A stretch of 64,000 nucleotides of DNA, from positions 1 through 64,000 of the forward strand of contig JYFJ02001928.1 in assembly GCA_000934665.2 (NCBI GenBank), in the 5' to 3' direction. Positions 1 through 12,300 of this stretch are shown in pieces (position 1 is the first letter of the stretch; every line of letters starts with the position of its first letter). Source of the DNA: Catajapyx aquilonaris (lineage: Eukaryota). Made by a program: the position numbers and the translations under genes. The notes beneath the pieces are model-generated. The model searched no databases and was not told where the DNA came from. It was given only the letters and a program-made list of their open reading frames with translations.

Positions 1-116
1 CTCGCACACTTATCACTAAAAACATGGAAACTTGTGACATGCCTCAAGTACCTCAGACCACCATCAACTGGCTTCAAATAAAAATTGCATGACGTCGAGA
101 GGCAACTGTTGCCTTA

Positions 117-227
117 GATGAGTTAATACTCTAATTATTCAGAATTTACTCGATGATGATGAGTTAATACTCTAATTTACTCGATGATGATGAGTTAATA
201 CTCTAATTATTCAGAATTTACTCGATG
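117..227. repeat. Short tandem repeat (about 3 units, gatgagttaatactctaatt[attcagaatt]tactcgatgat) in a DMXL intron
   Basis: Three direct copies visible; the middle copy lacks an internal segment. Confidence 0.85.
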
Positions 228-334
228 CATTCATAACACTACCCCACACATAGCATGAAACGTGTTACAAAGTTTTTGGACAGTGTAATTTCAGGGACTC
301 GTATTGACACAGTGCTACAAAATGAGCTGCTTAC

Positions 335-3300
335 AGGAAGGGAGTGTTGTGAATGTCCAGCAGGCAGCGATATTTCTGTATGGAAGGTCCACTGGTGACG
401 CTCTCGACAAAGCTTCCGGGAAGGAATCCCGTTGGTGGTTGTCCCAAGCAGTCCATGTGCTTGGTGAGGGATTCCTGCCAGTGGGAGCAGATGCGCAGAA
501 TCACATGCATCAACGGACTTGAGACGGGAAGCTCTGAAATTCAATAGATGCAAGTTCTTGTTACAAAGACGATTTCTGTGGCTTTGTAAACAGTTCTGCC
601 CATCGAAGCACACCTTTAAATATTCTGCATAAGCCATAATTACCTTGCATTTCAAGTCCAGCCATGGAAACAAAGTTCTCAAGATGCTCCTTTGAAAGTT
701 TGACAACGGCTAGTCTCATGAGGGACCAAGCGAAGGAAGATGGGTTGGCATGCTCATCTGTCTCTGGCGGAGGTTTTCCATAGTCATCGAAAATGTCGTC
801 GTCTCCCATGACATCGTCGTCATCCTGGCTCGACTCACTTGAATCGTAGTCAATTTCAGCACTGTCGCTTGGAAGTTGGGGCTGCAATAATGAATGTACA
901 CAGTGTTACACACCATGCAAAAGGCACAAGGTCGGCCCGAGATTGAGTTTGTTACCTTGCTCATGAAGTAAGCCACCATAGACATCTCCGGAGGCACAAA
1001 CTGCTCTCTGTAGGTGGGCCTGTCTTCCTTGATGCTCGGGGGACCGGCCTGGCTCCCAAACTGGCTCAAGATGCGCATGTTGAATCGCATCCTCTGCTTG
1101 GTCAGGTTAGTGACCGCGTTCCACACTCCCTGCTCCACACTCTCTGCTGGCTCCTTGTCTACACTGGTCTGCGACTGATGGAAACAATGTGAATAGGTTG
1201 TCATCGTCAACAAGAGGTGAAGCAATGCACACTTTCTCTTTTTTTTTGCTTATTTTTCGCACAAAGGAAGAAAATTGATCATAAAAAGTGCACAAATATG
1301 CTCAAAAATGTGGGGTGGATGGGTGGAAAAGGATTTTGAATAGAGAAAGCAGCAGAAGGTGAAGACAAAAAATCTCTGAGAGCGACGGAGAGGAGTTGAA
1401 ATATTCACTCGACAGAAACTCCAGGAGCGACTCTCTGCTTAAAATCCACACAACTTTTGTATTACCTGCAGAGAAGGTCCTGTGGCTGCAACCTTGAGCA
1501 GCTTCTTGACTCCCCCGCCAAACAGTACGGCCCAAGACTTCTCCGAGAAGCTTTGCCCTGCCAGCCTGTACAGGATGTGAGAATCGCAGGTGGCCAGACC
1601 ATATACCAGCAGGGACATGTACACGGCGAAGAAGGTCTCGCACAGGAGAATGTTCAGCTTAGGCGTGTCTTCATCCTTCTCACGAGCAAGCAATGCCCGA
1701 AGGTTTGTCACCCCTGCAAATGAATTAGCGGTTAACCACGGAGAGGCAACAGGCACAACAAAATGTAACTTATTCCATACAGTTGAAAGTACAGGTCATG
1801 ATAGTTGAACTTAAATTTAGTTAGCCGCATCTGACTACTCCACAGTGCAGTGTTGCATACAATAATGCTTTACTCATCTGGGCCAGGGAGTGAAAGTAAA
1901 CTTTTATACAGTAAGAAAATTTAGTGGCTCCTAAAATGATGCTCGAGTGTCTCTAACCTTCATATCGTGAATAAAGACATGTGATCATGTACACTGCTTA
2001 CCTGGCCATTTGCTGGGACTAGTTGTGACCATAACTGGCTCATCGCTGCTGAAGCGCCGCCTTCTGGAGTGGCCTGCCAAGAGATGGCTGCTGTTGGGGA
2101 ATGTCACACACAATTTGGCGAGGCTCTCCAACCCTGACACTGGAAACCCATCTTGCTGCTGCTTCACCCTGAACGAGTCAGAGTCACACAGGGACTGGTA
2201 TATGCATGCCGACAGAGCAATGGCCAAGTCCCGAAGGACAAACACCTCCATGAAATTTACATGGTATGGCATGGGTGGGGAACGGTGCTCTGCTATAGTC
2301 TGAAGCATGTCATATGCGAGGCTCTGAAGGTGCTTCACTGGGTCAGCAACTACGGTTTTGTTGCTGGCTACACTAGCAGAAAGGAGCGGAAGGGTAGTAG
2401 GGAACGGCAGTGGCGACAACAGCTGCTGCTGGGTCTTGTCTTGTTGCAACTCCTGCAGCAACAGGATCAGCTCCATTCGGACTGATGCTAACCCTCCACC
2501 GTTGGCACCATGTAAACTGCAGTAGCTGAACAGAGTTCGCAGCAAGGTTTGGTTGTCCTTCAGCCACGACTTACGCTTAGAAGCACGGTGAACTTTGGCT
2601 TCAAAATCCATCTTCTCTGCCAGGAGTACCTCATGCAGGGTGGGCTTCTCTACAAACTTGGCTTGAAACTCAGGCTGCTCTGCATTAGTCTCAGTGGAAT
2701 TATCCCTCGACTCATCGCTTGATCCATAATTGCACAGCTCACGGAGTGCTTCAACCTCACGCTCAATCCAAACGTACAGCTGATACCTCAACTGGCCACC
2801 ATCCACTTCAAATCCAGTAGCCAGGGTGGACAATTCCTCCATCATTATCTTAAGGCAAGCAATAAACTTGAGTTGCTGTGCCATTATGTCGATTTTGGTC
2901 ACTGCTGCCTTTTCACTGTCAGTTGTACCCTGCTTCTTTAAAGCTGGTCTAACAGCTTCCTCTTCTTCTTCCTCTTCCTCCTCCTCCTCTTCCTCTTCAT
3001 CATCGTCCCACTTCAGATCCAACTGATCATCAACATTGTTATGCATCGAGGCGGACCAGTCCACAGCACCAGTCGAATCCAGTGTGCCAGTGTCAATCCG
3101 AGAATCTAGTTTGACCTGCCTGGTAGGACTGTTCAGTAATGCAGGAGGCTCCTCTCCATCCGCAGTCTCATACACACGATTGGGAAGCTTTGAAAGGACC
3201 TCTAGAGACAGAGCAGGGCATCCAGCCTTGAAGTGTGCATGTGCTGTGGTGAAGTACAGTCTGCGCTCCAATGGAGTGATGGAATCTTCGTACACAATCT

Positions 3301-6300
3301 GTCTGTCTGACACAGCATTGTTTTTGGGCTCTGTACCGTAGCTGAAACCTGCAAGCATCACAGCAGGAGCCTTCTTCTTGTCCTCCGCTACAGCAGAGAT
3401 GTACTGGCGAATCAGGAGCGGGTGTGTTCTCAGGTAGATGTAGAAATTAAACACACTTGGATGAGCTAGGAGAGAGAAAAAAAAAAAAAGTAATAATTTT
3501 ATAGATTGCATGCATGTTGCACTTTAAAAAGACATTATCTGAAATTCACTGGTTTGCACTTGTAAAATGTGTTGACAGCAAAGAGATGCAATGCACAGCA
3601 TGGCAAAGAGTATAAACTGATTCTGATTGGTCACTTTTCATAATTGCACTTCAAATTCTTGGAAATCGAGAAATACTTATTCTCAATTCTCAAGTGTATG
3701 TGATGCTCACCTGAAGTCATCTCAGGCTTGTCCTCCTCTGAATATTTTGGATGACAGTGGCCCACTTCACTCTGGAGCAAAGTACCCAGGCTACCACTGT
3801 AGTCGTTAAGCATCCACAGAGCCATGGAGCGAAGGAAGGGATCAGGATGAGCCCGAGACATTTCCTGCTCCTTTCCGTCCTTGTTGCAGCCCAGGATCTC
3901 GTCGTATAACAGCCGTTTCAAACTGGGAGGGGTAGGGTCCAAGTCCCCTTCGTATAGTCGGGTGATGACCATGGCCAGTTGGAGGTCGTCCAGCTTGTTG
4001 AGGCACACCTAGTGAAAGAGGACTCCGGGTTAAATTCAATCTGATGGATCAGATCATCGGAATGAATGTTCTGGTATGAACAGGCATCAGCATGCAGGTC
4101 AGGTTGAGGTATGTTTAATTCAACAATACCACAGCCATCTGGCCAGCATGTGACGTCACTGCTCCTGCCTAACCTCAATAGCATCCTTGAGTGCTCCGGC
4201 CAACAAGAAGAATGCAGCTGCATGCTCAAACCGTTGCTTCCCAAGCAACACAAACGCATTCTTAAGGGCAGCTTTTCTCCATCGCTCCTCCGCAAAATTA
4301 TTGGCAAAGAAGCTGGTCATTTGGGCTTCCCTTTTTGACCTGTACAAGCCCCACACTAAGCTCTTCTTTCTCATTGCCAGGTAGAACAGGGCAGCATCCA
4401 TAGGCTCTTGCTTCGCTTGGAATGCTGCTTTTCCCAGCTGAAGAAAAAGGCACATTTCAACCACTAAAGTGACATCATACGTAGAAGTGTAATCTGAACT
4501 GCAAAATGACATGCAAGAGTATGAAAGAACCCAGTAAGGTATCTGAAATTACAAAGTATAACAATCAGTTTTGTGTAAATGCTGCAAAATTGTTGAATCC
4601 TTTGACCCATGTCGCAATTCTGACACGACTGTGACATGATTTCAAGGCAGAAGTAAAAAACCATTTGCGACTGCAGTAAGTAATGGTGCTGCTAATATTT
4701 TGTGTAATAAAACGGTTTAAAAATATATATATATCGCAATACCTTTTCAATGCATTTCTTGAGAATGGTGTTGCTTCTAACCCACCAGCCAACACCTAGT
4801 TCCTTCAGCTCGCTCCACTTCACATTCCCCTTGACGTACGATGGTATGAGGTTGAGCAATTCCTCGTCATTCTCAGAATGAAAGGCCCAGACCAAGTTTG
4901 AAGTCGCAATCCCTTGCTTCTGGAGCTGGCCTCGTTGACCAAGGGGCAGGCATCGTATCAGATACGTGTAGTGCTTCATTGCCATTAAAAACCGCAGCCC
5001 ACAATCATCCAGTGTGTCCGTTGAAGGTCCCTGGCCATCTGAAGGCATCCCTGTCAAATTCTCTTTTGCAATGGCTCGTTTGGCCGCATCAATGGCAGAC
5101 CTCTCTGCAAAATCCATGTTGCAGGTGGCAACAGTGTCAGCCAGGGCCAAGAGGTGCATCTGGTCCAGACTTGTCAGTCCAGGGAGGTGAGTGTGAGTGA
5201 GCAACCGAGACAACATGCGTGCCTGCCTTGGGCCAAAATATGACAAGTTTTGTTTCGTGTCCCCACCACTTAAAGACCTACGCCTCTCACGAAGACGAGG
5301 CGAACCAAAATCCATTTCTAACAGTTCGTCAAGGTTGTCCTCACCTACAACAGATACAATAATATTTTAGGCATTAGTGGCTTATAGTATGGGATTGGGT
5401 TCTTACCTCGGGAGTCAGGATTAAACAAGTCCGTATAATCCTGCTTGGAGTCAGTGGACTGCGGAGCCACTACTGCACTCTCCTTATCTGCTGCCAGCAA
5501 CAGCCAAAGAGGTAGTGGTGGGATTGAAGATATTTCCGCATAACCCAGTGTGAGCTCCTCAGGCATCACCATGGTTGATCCCCGCTGCTCTAATGGACTG
5601 GAGGGCACTGGCCCTCCGTAGCTCACTGACAGAGTCCTAGACCTGGACCATCCTTTGGGCCTGCTAGCTTCTTCATCCTCCTCACTGGCCCGGTTAAAGG
5701 AACCTTGGGGTTGTAGTGTGCTTGCACTTGAGATACATCGGACTAGGTGAGCCAGTATGGCCTTGACCCATCGGATGCGACCAGAGTTTAGCAGCTCCAT
5801 AAGCTGCTTTGGATGATATTGAGGTAAAACTGGGCAGGCGATGCGACTTGCCTCAAAGAGGCCAAAGTCAGGCATGTAATCCTTGTTGCTTTTGGTCTCG
5901 GCTGTAATGTGCAGAGATCAGGGAGGAATGTTAAAGATAATCAAGTTCACTTTGTGTCAGGTGATGTGGAAAACATTCATGCATACAATTGGGCTTCAGT
6001 GTAATCACTTCAGGAAAAATGGGGGGCCTTCTTCAATACTGCACATGGGAAAAAGGGATAGGAAGTGGGCTAACACAATGTTATTCACTCTGACACAAGT
6101 ACCCACATTGTCTTGTACTAATACCTTTAAACAATGACTTCAAACTTGTTCTGCGAAACTTATTTACAAAAAAAAAAATCACGATAAAATGATGAAAAGT
6201 ATGGGTTAAGCACTCCTCAAAAGGAACCTGCGAAAATGCAATCCGGTTAACATATTCATGTTCTCTGCGAGGACATATGACATCACATCTGTTTGCATGT

Positions 6301-9300
6301 GGCAGTGTCAGTATCTCTGACTAGTCTTGCAAGTGACAAGTAGGGCTTGCAATAATAACCTTCTCATTACTGAAGATAGCCCGAGGTACGTACATCCCAA
6401 TGCCCACTGATGTGACCTAGTGGTTATGTTCCTGAACAAGTGACTTGTTTGCTCTGAATTATACATTTTTAAAAAATTCGTGTAATAAAATCACTCTCAG
6501 GATCAGTATGTCAAAATTTAAGTTTCAAAACTACCTGTATCAAATTTATAGCGACAATGCATGAAAAATTCAATCCAAACGTGCTAAGTGCAAAATTCTC
6601 ATATGCATTAAGAAGGACAAATTGGGACAAATGTCAGATTTGGACAGGTTATAATCAGACCCCATTCATACTTCCTCAAAATTCATATTCCAATCTCCCA
6701 TCGAGCTAAATGCAAAAGATAACTACAACTGGACTTTCCTATCTCTCCTACTACCTTCCCACCCACACCATATTTTGCTCAATTAGATTTGTAATCAAGA
6801 ACGACATATTAATGTCATCAATCAAGAGATATACCAATAAATGCCGTTACAAATGCAAATACAAAATGCACTACACTTTAGTCCCTTGATAAATTACAAC
6901 TTAACTTGCTCCCCAGTGGCACCTGATATAATTTTCCTACAATTTAAACACAATTCAAGGTCTCAAATGTTGACTTAGATCAGCACTGAAAGTCCGATTC
7001 ATTACCATTACGCAAGGTGACATTCTCAGTGAAAAAGTCGAGTGCACTACTCGTCTTATCCAGGATGTCGACTTGAGTTTGATTTCCATTAATGGCTAAG
7101 CTCACATTTGCAACAATAAACAATTTTTATACAACTCTTTCTCTTACTGCTAACTACAGCACTTGTGGACTAAGAGTGATGTAAAATGTAGCCATGGATG
7201 ATGTATGTGCCATGCATCAAACACGTGTTGCACTGAAGATGACCCAAGAGTTGGAGAAAATACAGACATGTTGCATGTGCTGTTATGAATATCAAATAAT
7301 TAGTGCATTTTATTTTCATGTGGTGCATTTGGAGGCAGAACAAGCAAATATACAGAATATACTGTGGTTGAATATTTGTTTTAAGTCATGAGCAAAAAAT
7401 GGCAAAGCAGGACAATACGACAACAATGAAACTGACAGTGTTACAAGACAACAACCACATACACAGCAAACGTACACTTGTCTTGTATGGGGCGGCATCT
7501 TCCGAGGGCTTTCCACGCTTTGTAGTGCGAGTGGACTGAACATGCAAGAAAACCAGGCCCATGCAAGAGACGAGAGCGTGAGGAAAAATAAGCTCTATCA
7601 GTGTAAAAAGGGCAAAGTATTTGTAAGGGGGGGGAGTGTTGGGGGGAGGAAAAAAATAATACAACTCTACTCTAATGCACATGGGTGAAACAAAATTACT
7701 GAAGTATCTCTCTCCACTATAGGTAAGTGCCAACCCATGTGCTGTGAAACACATTTTTAAACTGGTCCCCCCTGGGTTAAACAGTATGCTAAGTTAAATT
7801 ATCAGCAGAGCAGTGTGAGACAAACAAGTTTGCTGTTCAGTTGCGCTAAGCCTTGGTGCAATGGGGAAAAAAAAAAAAAAAAAAAAAAAAACATTGGCTG
7901 CTTTAGTGAGAAAATGTGTCTGCATCTGCGGAATTGAAACAAATCTACTGGTATCCTACTACTGCTGCCCTTCATTTTGGCTCATGCGTGTGAACCAACG
8001 CTCCTAAGAGTTGCAATAAAGTATGTGACGTGTCGCATAAAATAATTCTTTGATAACAAACACTACAATACTTCATTAGCTATTTCAGTTTTCCAGTGAG
8101 GCCGTATGGATTTCACTGGATTTTTTTTTCTATTCCGCATGTACCAAAAAGAGAACAACAGCTGCAACTGCAGAATGCTCCTGTTCCACTTTACACTTAC
8201 CATTGTCGTTGTTTTTCTTCTTCTTCCCGTCAGCGATGAGCAAATTGAGAGAGCTTCCATAGGACAAGTGTGACATGGAGCTGACATTTCTGAGCCTCCT
8301 CTGGGTGTTCTCTTGCACCAGGTTTCGAATGTCTTCATCCCTCAGAACCCTGGAACTTGCCATCTCCTCCACTTCCTCCTCTCCTCTTGCAGCAGCTCCA
8401 TACTCTTGTTCAAATGTAGGAGTCTTCCACTGGGAGTACACGTGCATCTCATTGTCCATCCCTACCACGAAGATCCCATCACGAACCCACGACATCTGCA
8501 TGGGGAGGGGAGGAAGACCATCCGCTGTCCGGAGCTCAATCTTCCGCAGCTTCATCCACCGGATCTCATCCACTATTGGTTGGATGGCCAGGGAGGATGC
8601 TTTCCTTAACATGGGCCTGTTGGTTCCAGCCTAACCAAAAGAAAGAGGTAGAAATGTAAGGAACAATCCCACTGACATATTAAAACCTGGTTCACACATG
8701 GCCAGTTGCTGCCACTAAAAGTGGCCACATGTGAACCAGGCCTAAAAAAGTGGCATATGACAAAATTGGCAGACTGGTGGCACAGCATAATGATTATTCC
8801 CTCTTTAGTGCAATTCAAGAGCTACAGGAAATTATAATTTGAAAATGTTCCTGGTTCAGAACTTATAGGCTTTGATTTCAGAGAGGTCAGCATTCATGAT
8901 GGGTATTTATATAATGGAGTGGGTGCGATATCTCTTTAAGATCGGTTCTCTTGAGATTCTTTATGAGGGTATGCTGCCTTTGGGATTCAAGAAATTACCA
9001 ATGCAGACTCACGTCACTTGCCTATGGCTCCAATTCTAGTGTCACATTCTGCTATTCACAAAACTACATGCATATGACAATATAGTCACTTTCAATTACA
9101 AAGCCTAACGCTGCGAGTGTACTTATGCTGCACTCTCCTGCCATTAGCATTTTTGCTGATGTGCAATAAGCTTCATGATTCACTAAGCTAGCAGTGTGCA
9201 CTAAATCACCAAGTTCTACATGCCAAATATCTCCTTTCATGTGAGTCACAAGTGAGTAAACTGAAGGCTGGTTCTACCAACAGTGCTCGAGTGCTCACAT

Positions 9301-12300
9301 TGGCCAAAGCACTTATGGATAAACCACCTCTTAGCTCCAGAAAGGAATGGAACAACAAAATCGTGTGTCCTCCTCCTCCCACCTTCAAAAGTACTATTAT
9401 TTTATTGCCAATGTCAAGGATAATGTGTATACAAAAATTTGGAAATTTAAACAAAAACGATCATTATTTGCACAGGTTATCGAGCTCCAACTGTATCAAG
9501 CCTATTTTGCATTTTCTATGTGTAGCTATGCATCACAAAAAAATTAAGATTTAAAAATGCTAGAGGCCTAATTATAAATCGCTCAATTTATAGGCGAGGA
9601 GGGCAGCAAGTCCAAACATCCTCATTTGAGGAAACCCTCTGGCAAACATGCAACGCTGACGGACCAAGCGAAAACCCTGTATCTTCGAAATTCACGGAAA
9701 TGGAGATAAATGCCTCATTGCACTCCTCTTTGTAAACCACACCTTTTGGTACAAAGCCTGTAACTGTAGGAGAAACCCTTGGAAAGTTTTGGCCACATTG
9801 AAATCATGCCCTTCCATATATCATAATGGAAGCAAAACACTTCAAACATGAAGATCTTGAAATGACAAAAAGGAGAGATGCAGGGTTTTCACTTGGGCTG
9901 TCAGACCTGACCACACTATGTCATGTGCTGTTCACTCTCTACGTCTCTGGCTGTGCTTGGGTCCTGATGCAGCTAACGTGGCATTCTGAAATTAGACTGG
10001 ATTTTGCTCACCACAGTTCTAACCTGCGACTCTCTCATTGCCTTCATGTTGGCCTGGGCAATGTCACTGGACACTGGAGTGAACAGTAGAATTTTGTGTC
10101 CCACCCCAACAGTCAAGATGTGAGATCCATCCTCGGTGGACACCCAGTCCAGCTGAACCAGGTGCTTCTGGGTCAAGGGGCAGACGTTGCCCTGTTCGGT
10201 TATTGACTTCTTGAGCGATTGGAGTGTGCTGAAGCTGGGAACTGCAAGCAGGCCTTGAATATCAGCATCTTTTCCAGTAACGTCCTCATGTGAGAAGACT
10301 TTAGCCATCTGGTGTCGCTTAGTGGCTAGGCTTCCATCGTACAGGAAACTCAGGTCAAGGTCACTGTCCATCCGAATTTGGGGTAGATGGATGTTCTTCA
10401 GATGGATGATATCTTCACGAACCCACTCAGAGCCTTGAAAAGCAATGTTCACATTAATAAGCATTACTATTTACTATTTCATGATAGTTCTCATACATGA
10501 AATGCAGAAAAAGGTCTGATATAGTATGTACTATCAGTCCACCAAGAATTGTCGCAGCGGCAGCGCACGAACTACTGTCTACGAGCACTTCTCCATTGAC
10601 TTCTCCCCCCGGAAGTGCTCGTAACTGTAGTTCGTGCGCTGCCGCTGCGACAATTCTTGGTGGACTGATAGTACAATGTAACAACTTTCATCACTTTGTA
10701 AGTCATCTACACTGGCAGTGAGAGCTCTCATGTTGTCACTCAACATTTTAAAATGTTGCTTCAATTCAAACATGAAAAAAATGCTGAAGAGTGTTCATGT
10801 AAAAATCTTCCTCACTCCCTTGTGAAGGAAAATATAGGATGATTTTACCTCCAGTAGATTCACACTCATATATAGCCACACACAGGTTAACGTATCGGGC
10901 TGATGGGTCATCGCTGGTGGGCCTGGTGAAGGACTGCCCATATTTATAAGCGCATGCTATGCGCCCGTTATATGCAGCACTCACAGTCATTGGCTGGCCT
11001 GCAATTTAAAAAATTGAATCAATGAGATGTACAGGTGACACTGAATCCCTCTCACAGCCATCACTTATTATTTAAACAAGTGATTCATGTTTTCATATCT
11101 TGCTATCACAGTTACAAAGGGCCCATGAACTAACCTGGAATATCAACAAGTGAGGTTCCTCCTCTCCGAACCATCTCCCACTCCGTCCACCTGTACTTCT
11201 TTTTACCCTCCTCCTCCACGTTGCATCTCCAGAAACGTATGGTACTGTCTGAGCATGCTGTGCAGATCACGTAGGGAGCAAAACATGCTGGATAAATAGA
11301 TGCTGAGCTGAGATGCCCCGCTGCTGGTGAAGTGTGCACAACCTCTATTTTGTCAGGCAATGGTAATTGCTGCGTGCACACTTTGGTTGTTGTAATGGAC
11401 ACGTGTGATGCCTGCACATGTGGCAATGGCTCAGCTTCCGGAGTGTTGCTTCGTGTGGACCCACCCCCATCTTGAACCAGGTTGGAATCAGGAACATACA
11501 TCATGCTTCCTGACATCTCATTTGGGTTTGGCTGCGAAGCAATGACCAGACGCCACATGTGCACTACTGTCCTGGAACCATCCTTCTCCAGCACAACAAT
11601 GTAGAAAGGCTCCTCAAACACTGCTGTTTGGTGCAGGTCAACAATGGCACCCATACTGGATTCAAAGAGACCTAGGTTATCTGTAGCTGACAGGTTCACG
11701 TCTGCTTTTGTACGCTCCCCAGTGATTAGTTGCTCCTGAAACATATAATCAATATTGCTTATTATGCATTATACAAGGCGCATCCAGAAAGTAAGGGAGA
11801 AATGACTTGCATACAAAATATGGCGTAACTCAATGAAAAATGCCCCAATTTGGCTGGACACTATTTTGAAAAAAAGTAGACAGTTGTTGATTTCAGATGT
11901 GTGAATAAAAATTCTGGGGGTGCATTGTGGTTTTTCTATTTAAAAAACGGAACTTACTTTCTGGATGTGCCTCGTATTTCATTCATTCACACTTTTAATA
12001 AGTTGCATAAAATTAAGTTTATTTGTGACAACTGCGCCAATGAATGACACATTGAAAAGTGAAATGTGGTTTTTTTTACGTCACTGTGAAGGATTTGATA
12101 TTTCATGTGAGGTTTTTTCAATAACAGCTACTCCTAAGAAGCGCCCTTTTGTTGCTCACTGTTTAAATTTTTCACATGATGCCAAACTGATATGAATTCC
12201 AGAAAGAATTAGCCATTATTTCTAACCTGGAACACATGAAGAAACTGGGTGTTCTGCCAATCATGCGTGGCATCTGAGATGGCATCAAGTTGTATAATAC

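Noticed and set aside
117..227. Repeat-spacer-like pattern (CRISPR-like)
   Set aside because: Plain tandem duplication without unique spacers, in a eukaryotic intron.
9292..9340. Possible 36-nt phase-0 DMXL microexon ([12 protein letters not shown]) in intron 8631-10023
   Set aside because: Donor gtgagc is good, but the acceptor would be GAG, which is rarely used; unsupported without RNA data.
10454..10721. ORFs with internally repeated peptides on both strands
   Set aside because: Artefact of the palindromic MITE.
11773..11800. Mariner-like terminus tacaaggcgcatccagaaagtaag
   Set aside because: No partner TIR found; too little to delimit an element.
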